Part shown: one piece after another, positions 27,027 through 39,978 of the stretch
Numbering within the stretch: the stretch's first letter is position 1
Layout: the number at the start of each line of letters is the position of its first letter
DNA from: Epiperipatus broadwayi
Lineage: Eukaryota; Animalia; Onychophora
Assembly: GCA_028023455.1 (NCBI GenBank)
Contig: JAQFVV010000005.1
Span: 9,610,001-9,674,000 of the forward strand
Direction: 5' to 3'
Length of the DNA stretch: 64,000 bases
Notes under the pieces: model-generated
What the model was told of the DNA's origin: nothing
Database searches by the model: none
What the model saw: the letters and a program-made list of their open reading frames with translations, nothing else
Position numbers and translations under genes: made by a program

Positions 27027-30000
27027 GTCTAGGTTTTAAGTCATGTGATCAGCAAATACACATATTTGTGTTTACAAGGTTTCTAAAAGAAAGTTTCAAA
27101 ATTACTTTCAAAATTGTTTTTAAAAATTGAAACATTTGTGTATCATAAAAGTGAATGTTAGGAAATTTATGTAATGGAATAGCTTTAAAATAAATGTAGT
27201 TATTAAAGTTAAATTTTAAAAATAGATAAATTAAATGTTGGATAAATTAATAAGTATTATTTTTACAATGTTATTTTAGAGTGTTTAGTTTGTTTAAATA
27301 AAATTGTAGAATTTAGAATTAAATTTTCTAATAATATTTGATATTTAACATAAGTCATAGATTTTATTTCTAAATTTTAATTACATAAACTTGGCAAATA
27401 TGTAAATTAGAACATAAGTTGAAGAGTAAATAACCAATCAAATTGTCAGTTTAATTTGGTATAAAAGTAGATGCTCTCATTTTTCTAACTTGCTGAATAA
27501 CTTAATTGCTTTGCTTAATAATTTAATAACTACCTTAATAACTTGTTAACTTATTATCAATATTATTATCATATATCAACATTGAAGTATTGCTTGGTTT
27601 ACTTATTTTAAAGAAAAGTTTTTGAAGGATTAATAATTTACTAAGTTAAAGGAATAATACAGCCCTAAATCAAAAAAAATTCTCTACCAATTTTTTTTAT
27701 TGAAGCTTAAGCCAACTTCACAGTAAAATATGGATTTACTACCAAAGATGGTGTATTCAAAAGATTTGACAGGAATGCAGCTAATTAAGGAAGGTATAAT
27801 TTTAAATATATTATGGAAAAATTTATATCATTATTTATTTTTAATATTTTGGACATTGGCAAGAATGTTGAACAGAATATTATTTTTTGAAGGACCAGCA
27901 TTTTTATGCATTATATTTTAAAGATAGATAACTTTATTTGGAGAACAAAAAGTTATATGGAAAAAACATAAATTTTAATATTTTTGAAAAGTTAAAAAAC
28001 AAATTTAATATTGAACCTAGAATAGAAAGATATCATTGATACTTACATTAGTAACTACATATGTCTTTTCTTAAAAAAAAAGTTGCAGTGAATATTTTTA
28101 AAAATACTGTCTTTTTAAAAAGTTTATTACAAACTTTCCTTGAAAAATGATTATAAAGATAAAAAACCAATATTATTATGGATATATTTAGTATAACTTA
28201 AACCTAGTTTTTTTTTTAAAATTATTTGTCAGAAAAAGAAACAAATGGAAAATTAAAAAATATCCTGACTAAAAAAAATAATTTTATAAATGACTAAATC
28301 TGAAATAATATAAAATATTTTGAATGGAATATAAAAATATGTATTTTCAGTAAAAATACGTATGGATTTATATCGCCGATACTGATGCAGCTAAAGCCCA
28401 TATAGGATCCAAGTGAACGGGAAAAACTCCGGAGATCATTTTTGAAACTTATTTTCAAGTGATATCACATTAAATAGTTATCATCCTGTGCTACAGATAG
28501 AACTGTATTTTTTAAAATACTTTCAAAACAGGATGAATAGCTAATTTTTCAATTTTAATTTTTTTTTTGGATTTAAAAAGTCAACTTCATTTTCATTTGT
28601 TTTTATTTTGTGAGTAACTGCACCAGGAGGAGAAAAAGTTTTGTGTTTAAAGCTTTTGGACAGTAGCATCATCTTAGCAACAAGCACCGGGGTAAGAGCT
28701 TCTATGAAAATATTAGAAGAAAAACTTTTTAATTTGAACTTTATGGAGAATTGGATTTAGTAACTAGTTTTTTATTCATTTCACATACTAATTGTAGTAT
28801 TAAGTTTTATTAGTGTTAGGTAGGAAAAATTACATTTAAATATTTTATTTAATCTAACATAATTAATATTTTAAGGAATATTTTAATACTTTGTAAAGTT
28901 TTTCATAAACATTTTTAAGGTATGATAATGATGCTGAATGGATGTTATTATTTAATGTTTTCTTATATGAAATATTGGACCAGAAAACATCTATAAGTGA
29001 CAGACAAGAGTAGTGTCACTAGGTAAATCTTATAAATATTAATTTTATATGATGTATATTTTATTGTCATTGCTTGGAATATTTTATGTTGCTTTATTAT
29101 ATGAATGTATGAATATGTATGTGCACGCTAATTACACAAAACTATTATTCTAGAGATATAAGCTATATATATATTTTTAGAAAGATATGTGTACATTTTT
29201 CTTTTATATTACCAATGTAATATAATTTATTGATACTCATAATTTTTATATGATTCTTTAATGGATGAACTCTGTTTTTGAAAATATCTTCAATATTGAT
29301 TTTAATATCTTAAAACAAAATCATTTGTATTTTTATTGCAGAGTTTTTTTAAAAGTGAATAAATCTTTTCTTGTAGTAGTTTTTTTTTTTGGATTGTTAA
29401 AGTCATATAGGAATTTTGTTTATTATTTGGAGTAATGCTAGTAATTTTTGCGATGAAGGTTGTTAAATCTATTAGGAAGTTTTAATCGATAGAAATTGGG
29501 AGTATAGTAAAGAAACCATTGGATGCTTATATATAGGATCTATGGAGAAAATAGGAAAGTAATCTATATTATTATCTTAGTAGTTTATGCAAGTACAGAT
29601 GTAACCCTGCATCTTGTATATATTTTTTGTGGGCAGTGTCTTTCTTGATATTATGTATTTTAAAATGTTCGAATGAGAGCTGAATAAATAGCCTGGACAT
29701 TATTATTATATTTGAGGTGATTAGACAGAGAAATCATTCCTCTTCATTCACACTGTATCCATGTAGATTATCCAATAAATTTTATACTATTGAGTCTTTA
29801 CTCTAGTGATTTCTTCATGCCTACACATCGTATCACTATCTTAATTTCAACAGTTATTGCATCGTATATCACTGTATTTTATGAAAGAAAATAAAGAATA
29901 ATTTTGAATTGTAGAAGATGAGATAGGTTTTTCTTGTTTTGGTCTAGGTTAAAGTCAAATACAAATGAGATTGAATGTAAATGCTAACAGTGAATAATGA

Positions 30001-31441
30001 AGATATTTTTCAAATTTTTATTAAACTATTTTAAAAAACATGAGATTTTTGAATAATTTTGATATTTAGATTTTATATGTTAATGCATATTTTTAAGAAA
30101 AATAGAAACATGCAAAATGAACAACACAGAATAGAATGAATGCTTATATTTTTGTGAATATTTTGTTTTAAACATACATGAAACACACATATGAGGATTT
30201 TATTTAGAGTAGTGCCAAGCAAAGTATATAAAAGAATGTCAATCATATTACTTTATTAGTCAATTTATTCATCGAACAAACAAAGATAAATATTTAAAAT
30301 AACACTAGCACTATTATATTAGAAGTTTGATTGATTTATTGAAAAAAATATATGAACACATTTTAAAAATGAATATTATTTAAGTATTTTATATTTTCGT
30401 GTACACTTACGAAAACCATATGTTTTAGTTATGTTAATTAATGGATATTTTTATTATTAAACTATAAGTGTATTCTTAAATTGGTATTATTATTTTAAGT
30501 AAATGTGCCCAAAAAGTGTATAAGTCGAAGTAAAGGCTTATTTACTTGTTCATTTAGTTTTTAAAAAAAAAAATGTGGAAATATATAACTTAATATTATT
30601 TTTATTAGTTTGGTATTTGTTAGGTTTTATCAAACACAATTGTAAATAATCTATATAGATTGTTAAAGGTATAGAATAATAAAATTTGTTAAACTTGTTT
30701 TTATAAAACTTTATGTGATCTATTCACCATCACAGATACATGATTGACAGATACCAATACAAACATAATATTTGCACAGTACAGATATAATTATTTATTT
30801 TAAGAAATCACAATGCTTCAGAATATAATATACTTGAGAAATTTTCTTTTGAAATAATATTATTATGGTCATAATTAATTGCCCAATTTATTGCATAGAA
30901 TTTTAATGCTGTTTATTGCCATATGCCACATATATTCTATTTAAGATGCCACATAAAAACTAAAAGAATTATATTATTATTGTTAGTTATCGAAGATTAT
31001 TATTTATTATTGTTGTTATTATTATTAGTTAGATGTAATTGAGGATGATACAAAATCCCTTACCATATGTGACGACAGAAGATTATAAATTGATTTATTT
31101 TAAAGAACCTGAGATTATTATAGTTATATTATTTTAATAAAGAGATTAGAATTTATTTAGTAACATTATACTAAATTGATTATTATTTTAAAGTCGTAAG
31201 AATGCTAAGAATTTATTATTATTTGAAATTATAGGGGGAATAGTATTCTTATGCCATTGAGGTTGTATCCTGTTGGATAATGGCTCAATGTAATTCTTTA
31301 CTGCTTGTACTTCATTTAGTTGTCTGATGATTTATTACTATTTTATTTGTTTAACTTTTCATAAACCAAACCATTATTTATTAATCAGTTAGAGCTAGTT
31401 AAATAGTAGATATTATCATAGAAAACTTTATTATTGATTAT

Positions 31442-31589
31442 AATTATAAATATGTGACTTTTTTCGCATGTGTTAGTGAAGCTATGATTATATTATAATC
31501 TGTAATAAGTCTGCTTAGCGCTTCACTAACGCATACGAAAAAAGTCGCATATTTATAATTACAATTTTTACTAGTGAAGAGAAAAACAA
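31442..31589. mobile_element. Small fold-back insertion with 15-bp TSD
   Basis: Arms 31441-31482 and 31520-31561. TSD TTTATTATTGATTAT at 31427-31441 and 31590-31604. Absent from copy 1. Confidence 0.8.
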
Positions 31590-33435
31590 TTTATTATTGA
31601 TTATGTGTTTTGGCCGAGCTTAATCATTTTATCTGAGCTAGTCGTATTTTCCTATTATTATATTTCTAGTTGGTGAGGGTACAATATATATATATGGATA
31701 TATGTATTAAATTTTATTTTATTATGAAAATAAATAAATAATTTAAATAAATCAGAGACCTCCTTAAATTTCAAATAAATTTAACAATATTTAATAATTG
31801 AAAACAATTTAAATTTATCTTTATATAACAAAATTTTGATTATGAGTGTTTTACATACATTTCTACCATATTAGTATATAAATTTTAAAATTATACCTCT
31901 CCAGATCCCATAGTAGATATGTATCATAACACAAACAATATTTAATAAGTTGTAAAAATAAAATTTTATAATTCCAGAGATTATGATACTAGCTAACTCA
32001 AATTAAACAGTATAAATATAAATGAAAACCTTTATAATATCCAATCCTTTTGAGGAAATTCCATTTTCTATAAGACCCCCCCCCCATCTATGTATGGTCC
32101 CTATCATTGAAAGAAGACCTTTCATCTAAGGACATTAGTCATCTATACCAAATAATAAACAAACAAATATTACTAAATTAATAAATAAAAATTCTGTCTT
32201 ATCATAAGTGAATGAATTTAATATGAATAACAGTAAAATCTTACCTTCATTAAGTTTACTTATTAACCTGGTCAAGCCGCTCTGTAAGAAAGACCTACAT
32301 TTTATTGATATTAAAGAATAATTTTACTCTTTGCTTGAGTGATGTTAGAAATTTCTGTTAATGAAGATTTTATAAATAAAGAAAATTCATCCAAACTACT
32401 GATCCATCTTTCTGAGGTGGTCTGTATTCAAACACAGCAAAATAAATGTACATAGTGACTAGTTCATTTGTAAAAAATGGAACTGATTTGGAAATTAGGT
32501 GATTTAGCTTTTATAGTGGAATCAACTTCCGGTAATTAGCATGTGTTAAATTATTTTTTCATTTCATGATTTTGTATTTGATTATTGTTGAATGCATCAT
32601 AATTAATAAGTGTAATTGAGTTCTAATTTTATTTCCTTCATGTTTAGTTACTAAGATATGACTTGACCTTAGGTTATCTCTGTTTTGAATCTTGATTAGT
32701 GATATTAGTTAACTTAATTATTTTATACATATATATGAATGGTTGAAATCTAATTATTTTAATATTAGATTTCATTAAAATAACTATTTTTTGTTACTAA
32801 AATTCTATATTCTAACGTTTAAATTATATATATGCACATATGAGTATTTTAACATAAAAAGATAACGTATTTACTGTTTATTAATTAAAATTATATTTTT
32901 AAGTTTATGGTTTGATATTGTATACAAGTGAGCTTAATAAGATTGTAAGCTGCCCTTGTAACTATTAAACATAAATTTTTTATTGTTAACAAAACATACA
33001 ATTAAAAAATTTTAAACAACAATGTATCTTTAATAATCATTAAAGATCATAGCTATGAAAAAAGGGCAAAATGTAGAAATTTTTAAATAAAATTATATAA
33101 AATAATAATGCTAAGTTAAAAATATCACAAGTAGAAATCAGTATTTTATAGCAAATGTGAAAAATAGATCAGAAATATTGTAACAATAAATAGGTAGCTG
33201 ATACATCAGAGCACCAAATTGTAACTAACAAATAACTAAATAAGTGAGAAGAGTAAAAGGGAAAAGAGATCCTCAGAGTATTGGTATTATAACTAATCAA
33301 ATAAATCCATCCATCAACATATATAATTAAATACCAAAGGAATTTTTATTGTACTCAACTATATTTAATAATTAAGTATTTATGTGAATTTAAAAAACTA
33401 AATTATGTGAATAAACATCTCCATTATATATATAT

Positions 33436-33574
33436 GATCACTAGATGGAGCTTTACCAATAGCTCCTAAACAAGCTTTCGTTTATATAAACACAGAGAGA
33501 CAATTCAATATCTCTTTCATTATCTCCAACCATCAGACCATAGTTTCGAGCTAGTTGGCTCACCTCAATGGTGG
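33436..33574 (-). mobile_element. Family C short repeat with a hammerhead-like motif (33530-33574)
   Basis: CCACCA-UUGAGGU-GAGC-caacua-GCUC-GAAA-CUAUGG-UC^UGAUGG; core has two mismatches to CUGANGA. The sister copy at 33846-33893 plus 39979-40063 has UGGUGG, a perfect stem I partner. Confidence 0.65.
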
Positions 33575-33893
33575 GTAGAACAGAAACTAGATCTAAATAC
33601 TGACTCTACAATCAGTATTTTATGAAACAAGTTTCTATCAGTTTGAAAGCATGAATTTTTCAAATATGTAAATATCTTCAAATCCAGTCAGACAAACTAG
33701 ACAGCTATATGGGTCTGATATCAGTTCAGTTTCACCATATACTAAAATGCTCTGCAATATATATCATTGCAAAAATCTTGAAGGGTACATTTATGATAAA
33801 CAAAACATTATAAATTTTGTAATCTGCTTTTAGCCTGCAATTTACGATCACTAGATGGAGTTTTACCAATAGCTTCTAAACAAGCTTTTGTTT

Positions 33894-36800
33894 GGAGTCT
33901 GCTTCCGGTTGCCTTTCTGGATGATTTGCTCTTTCTAAGCTCCGGATGGTTCAGATTTTTTTCTAGTTCTATGTTACAATAATTGTCAACAACTTTAATT
34001 CTGAGGTTAGTGATCTTTTTCTAATTGGTTAAAGTTTTCATTCGTCATTATCGGGGATCCAATCAACATTTCATTCGTCATTATCGGGGATCCAATCAAC
34101 ATTAAATCTCAACAAAAAGATTCAAAATTTAATCAAAAACATCTCATTGCTTATCCAAATCCTGTTAGACCAAAGAAAACTGCTCAATTTAAAAATTCCA
34201 ATATGTGAAATACACCAATATTGCCTGAAAGATTTGTACGTACATTTTTGCTGGAAACCTCAGTAAAACTTGCAAAAAACATGGAAGTAGATCCAAAAAA
34301 TAATATACTTCCATGTGGGCCTGGAGGTCAAAACCACCTTGTTTGGAAGAGCTCGATCTCCCCTGCAAAACAACATCAGGATCACCAAAATTGATAGCTT
34401 CCAAGGAAAGATATCAAAATAAATCCGCCGAAGATCTACTTTTTCAAAGCGATCTCTCAATTCCGGAAGTTAAGAAATACAGCAAAACTTTGCAGTTGGA
34501 AAAAATACACTTTCCTATGGATTCGAACTCAGCTTCTTTTGCGAATAATATGTATTCTGACATACCCTACATGTCAAAAAAAGAACTGCATTTTTCCAGA
34601 ATAGGGAACGGAAGTTATGAGGGAAAACCAGTACAGAGGTGGCACCATCAAAAAAAAAAATTTCTCAGAAATCACAATGAAGTCAATAGAAATGCTAATA
34701 TACATGCTACAGCTTCAAAAAAAGGCTCATTCGATGGGGTGCTCTCCCTCCAGCCGTATATCACCTTGGTCCCAATGTATATATCAAACGCAAAAATTTT
34801 CCTAATCTTTCTGCAAACAATGTCAAATCAACTAATGTCCCTATATTATCTAACTCCCCTACATCAGTCAGATCTCCCTTGAGGAGTCCAACACACTTTC
34901 ATCTGGTTTATCAAATAAGGACAAACAATTGATGTATAATAGTATTGATCAATTTCCAACACTTTCCCCACAGAATATACCTAACCTTGAAGGACCCAGT
35001 CAGTATCTGAAGGAAAGCTTGCTAAGGCCCACCCCAACAGCCTATACCAACATTGCTGCCCAAAGTATTTCAGGACCTCGATCTATATCTCCTCTGTACC
35101 CTGGTGTTGATAACACTCAAGTTGATGAATCTTCAGGAATCTTTGGCAGAACTCTACAAATATGCAACCCCCAAAGATGAAGGAAAAGACATGCATCCTT
35201 ATGATAACCCCAGTAATTACAAGTGTGATCTATCTAAACATCCACTAATAAGTGATAAGTTTAATCAATCAATTCTGCCTCTTCTTAAAAAATCTTTTAA
35301 CATTTATAAGGATGATAAGGCTTTGATTCTGACTGTCACAGATGACAACATCCATATATTTAGATTCACTGTTCAATCACTTTGGATTATTCACTATGCA
35401 TGGCATCTGGGGCTTGGTATACAAGGTGATGTTTCACCCTAATGACAGGTATTTGGTAATTCAATTCAACAACATTATGGCCAGAGTCATTCTGTAATAA
35501 CCATAAGTCTATTTGGATGATATCTGATAACCATAGACCCAGATAGACCAAGCTTCATCGATGGCTATGTCAAGAATTGTGGCATAAACTTCAGCAAGGC
35601 AGGTCTCCCGAGAGCCTTAGCCCTCTTTGGGAACATCAAAGCATTTAAATATCGGACAATCTGGTGTGGAGGGGCCAAGACGCTCTCCAATATAGCAGAC
35701 TTTCGCATTGCATTGAATAAAGGGATTTCTCCACCCCATTTACTTGGGCCTATTGAGTTTCTTAATGTCTCAATTTCTATAATTCTTCAGGGTCCCCCCC
35801 CCAGTGTTTCCATTGCAGAGTTAGGGTACACCTCATGAAGGACTGCAGAGATTGAAGCTGCAGAGTGTGGACTCATTGGCCAGGGACCACATCAATGTCA
35901 CTAAAGATGTCACCCATCCAGCCCTCATGGCCCCCCCAGTTTTCCTAAACCTTCAATCTGACAGGACTCACCATTCTCCAGTCGCCACTGGGGATAAATA
36001 TGCTGCTGGAGTTTTTGGGGAGGGCCCTTCTCTCAATTTGGTTATAGATACAGTGGAGGACCAACCAGCTATTCTGCTGGTAGATGTCTCAATGGCTGAT
36101 TCCTGGCCACAAATGGCCAACTCTCCAGATGCGGAAGAATTTATTACAGCAGTATTAAAGAAAAGGAAGAGAAGAAAACCAAAAACATCACAAGACTCTC
36201 CTGACCAGTCATCAGTGGATTCTGTATCCCTGACAGTAGATGACCTTCTGGGCCTTTATGATCCTAATAATCCAAGAAGCAACTCAATTGCCCCTCAAGA
36301 AAAAAAGGTGGTGTTTCTTCCCTCTGATGGCTGGGCCTCCACAGGGGGTCTCTCTAAAACAATTGGTGAGACTGCTGTACCAGGTTCTCTTGCCCCTGTA
36401 TCATGTGATGAGTTTGCCCTCCAGGTTGAGTTTCTTCCCCCTCGTCTAATAACAGTAATTGTTGTGACAGCTGTGATCCAGACTATGACTCAATGCATTT
36501 AGGAACTATACCGGTGCCTGATGATCCTTTCCAGAATCCAGTGGTTTCCCCTGGGACCCCAAGTCCAGATGGTCTCCTGGAATCACTTGAAATGCCTACA
36601 AAATAACCATGCTAAAGATACTCTGTCAATGTAAGGGGCCTGAACTCATGGGATAGGGTATATGCCTTGTCACATTGGTTCCATAGACAGGCCCCAGATG
36701 TTCTGTGCTTATTGATAATGAAGATGCACCTCTGGACCGACCATCATGTGATTCAATTAATCGAAAAATTCAGCTTCTTGCACTTCTCATTTGCTTTTGC

Positions 36801-39800
36801 TGCATTGGGAGGCATGGCTCTAATAATTAATAAGTCACCAATAGGCCTATTCAAAATGTTATATATCAACTCACTGCCTGATAGTGATCTTTCAATTTTA
36901 TGGATGGCCCTTCAATCTAATAAATCTATACCTACCCAAAAACCCAGAGATCATAATCAAAGTGATCCACTCCATCAATGCAACTCTTAGAACAAGCCCA
37001 CTTCCCACCGTAATTAAGGTGATTTTAATCAATAATACCTTTCCTTCAGTAACAAGTACATAAAATTCATTAATTTGCCCATGAAGGGGCATTCTCATTT
37101 TATACAAGGCACTCACATTCTGTAATAGACCTGGGTTTTTTCTCCTATGATGGCGGGAATGATAGAAGCCCATCTTTGGCCCAATGCCTTCTCTGACCAT
37201 TTAGCAATGGAAATCTGACTCAGGTAATAATCCCAACAATCAACTTCTGCACCATGAGGATGCTGACAAGATCGAATATTACCACCCAACTGGTCTCCGA
37301 GGCCTATATTGCATTCCGCCATCTAGGGATCATCTCTTCCTCCGGTGGAGGCATGGATGGCCTTCGTTAAAACACTAGGCTATTTAATAAATCAAGGCAC
37401 CCTTAAAACCAAAGGTCCCATCCGGCTATTGGTGGATCTGGACAGGATTGCTGAGATCTGCACAACTTGATTCTTGAGGAACAAAATATCCTGCGCATAA
37501 TTCACTTGAAAGCAAAATATAATCAGTGCAGTCTGCCCTTGCTGAGTACCTGGCAATTAAGAAAGCCTGTCAATACCTACACCAGCATTGTTGGACTAGA
37601 GGGTAGCTTCGCTGGGCCTTTGGCTTGGGCAAGACCTCGGGCCCCATCATCGATTGAGGTGCAGGGAAACTGCTACTTTGGCTCTTCTATGTTGTCCAGA
37701 ATCAGGGAGTTTTATTCCCTAAAATTTCCACTGTTTGAGATAACTAATGCCCGGAAAAAATTCACCTCAGTTGATGCTGCCCCTCACAAGATTACGGAAG
37801 GGTGAATTCTACAGAGACGACTAAGGTCTCTCCCAGACAAGACCCATCCTGGCCTGCATGGACTTCCAATATTTCTTTTATACCATCTGTGCACATTTAC
37901 AGTGCCAATTATACTAAACATCATTAATTTCCTTGCTGATGACAGTCGGGAAGCATTGGGCATATGTTCAATCACTATGGTACCCTTATCAAGAAACCGG
38001 AGGGTCCACTGGTTCTTGAGAACCTTCAGCCTATTTCCATGGTGCCATTTATGGTAAAGGTTATCAAGGGCCTTATAAAAAGACATTCAAGACATCATAG
38101 GATTCCTCTCTACTTATCAATTCGCCAAGAAAGGTTGCTCGACTGCTGATGCTGTCAGCCGAATTCACATCATCATTGCCCATGTATGCAGAAGGAAATC
38201 CCATCCAGTCATGATTCAGCTTGCCTTTGCTGGAGCTTTGGAATGTGTCAGAATTGACATACTGCTTGGTGTACTGGAGAGGCTCAAAGTGCCCAAGGCA
38301 TACCTTCAGATCATAGAACCTCTTACAAAATCAGGTTTTTCTCTCATTGGATGGCCTAGTATTTCCAGGATTTAGGCCGTTTCCATCCCACAGGGCTCAC
38401 CACTGAGCATCCTCTTCATGGCCTATGTGAACCCACTGCTTCTAAGCATTGAGGCTGCCTTCCCAGGGATAGCTATTCCAGTGCTTGGAGAGCATATGCC
38501 ACATCACCTATATGGATGATGTGGTGGTGTTTCTCTCCTCCGACAGGGAGCTCACTAGACTTGAGGAGCTATTAGACCAGTTTGCTCATGAATTTGGTCT
38601 AAGGGTCAACAAGGGAAAATCAGCAATGTGGTCCATCTTGACAGGGAAGCAAATCCCAGGCAGATTCAAAGCAGTCCCTCAGAGCTTTCTGGGATTCCAT
38701 CTTGCACCCCCCCCCCTCAGTTATGAGGAGAGACATGGAAAAGAAGCTATTCACCAAAGTTGAGAAAAGTTAACTCACTATCCAAAATTTACCTCTCCCT
38801 TTTGGGCAAGTTGCCCTACTTAATTCTGTACTACTTCCCAAAATCACATACTATCTGACCTGCTTTTCACCTACCAGCACCTTCATTAAAAGGGTCGATG
38901 CTTTTTAGGAAACTGCTGGGGGAAGGGCGCTACTGTCATCAGCTTAAACATTTTACAGAAGCCTAACCCCTAAATAGACTGGCATTACATGCCATTAAGA
39001 TTTTCCAAATTCAAAGGACATAAAATATTCTGGTTAGGCTATTAAATTCTCTTTCTGACATTGAATGCCCTGTTCCCATAGAAAGGATCGAACCTACCGT
39101 AGACCCCACCCAGACTGAGGAGACTTTGGATCCAACAACAGGTGACGGATGTCCTGTCATGGATCAAGACCTCCAGCTCCCTATTTCAGTCAAAACTTAC
39201 CTACTGGGATACATACCGTCTAATGTTTGAGGAAAAAACATGTACCCCTATCTTGCTCTCAATTTCTATCTCCAGATTTGCCAAATGGACACAATTCCTC
39301 AGACTTGAGCCCAAGTATGTGGACTTCCTGCTCAAGGTCAATCTCAAGGCCCTTCCCACGGGGTCCTTCTTATTCCATCATAGAGGCTATAACCTCGATA
39401 CCTTGTGCCCAATGTGTGGAAAGCAAGAAGAGACCATAGACCACATTCTGTTCCATTGTGATTCATGGTCTCGTCTTCAAGGCATGGTACTGAGGAAAAT
39501 GTCTGTATCTGTCCTGGCTTGTGTAATGATTCCTCTGGCTTTTGAAAAGGGGCTTTTTGCCAAAATACGGCTGGCCTTGTTTGTCAACTTCAGGATCTGG
39601 ACTATAATTGTTTGAAGTGGGATTGAGCACCATCCCGAAGACCTAATAAATTTCATACAGAAGGCTAGGGGAGATTAACAAGAGGACTTGCCCAGACCAG
39701 TTGGCCATTCAGACCTGGGAACAACTAAAAATATGTTTCAAGACGTTCCATTTCACTCTATGTATGATGCCTCTAACCTTATAAGGACTGATTCCTCCCC

Positions 39801-39978
39801 AGACTACTGTGATGAAAGGGATGGGATGACCTACCTCCTATCTGAACTGTATCCCTGTAGACCCATTGCAGACAATGCTTGTTATTAGCAGCAGCTCTAA
39901 CTATTGCCTGTATACACAATTATGTACTTTGCTCTATAAATCAATAAAATATCTTTTGAAAGTAAAGTTTTTGAAAAG
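33894..39978 (+). mobile_element. Full-length decayed Tx1/L1-clade non-LTR retrotransposon
   Basis: ORF1 CCHC knuckle CFHCRVRVHLMKDC at about 35805. APE motifs SVNVRGLN, GDFN, SDH at about 36620-37200. RT motifs QPISM, PQGSPLS, YMDD (about 38510). zf-RVT CPMCGKQEETIDHILFHC. 12-bp TSD AAGCTTTTGTTT at 33882-33893 and 39979-39990. Many stops and frameshifts. Confidence 0.9.
34036..34101. repeat. Perfect 33-bp tandem duplication in the LINE 5' UTR
   Basis: TTTCATTCGTCATTATCGGGGATCCAATCAACA x2. Confidence 0.95.

Larger units (their letters stand above)
26102..31683. mobile_element. ~5.6-kb non-coding element, copy 2 (TGTACCCT…AGGGTACA, flanked by (TA)n)
   Basis: Flanks read gatatatatat|TGTACCCT and AGGGTACA|atatatatatat; collinear with copy 1. 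Confidence 0.65.

Noticed and set aside
32245-32421. Minus-strand exon-like block (TTSERWISSLDEFSLFIKSS…/…SGLTRLISKLNE)
   Set aside because: It needs a frameshift to read through and no homologue was recognised.
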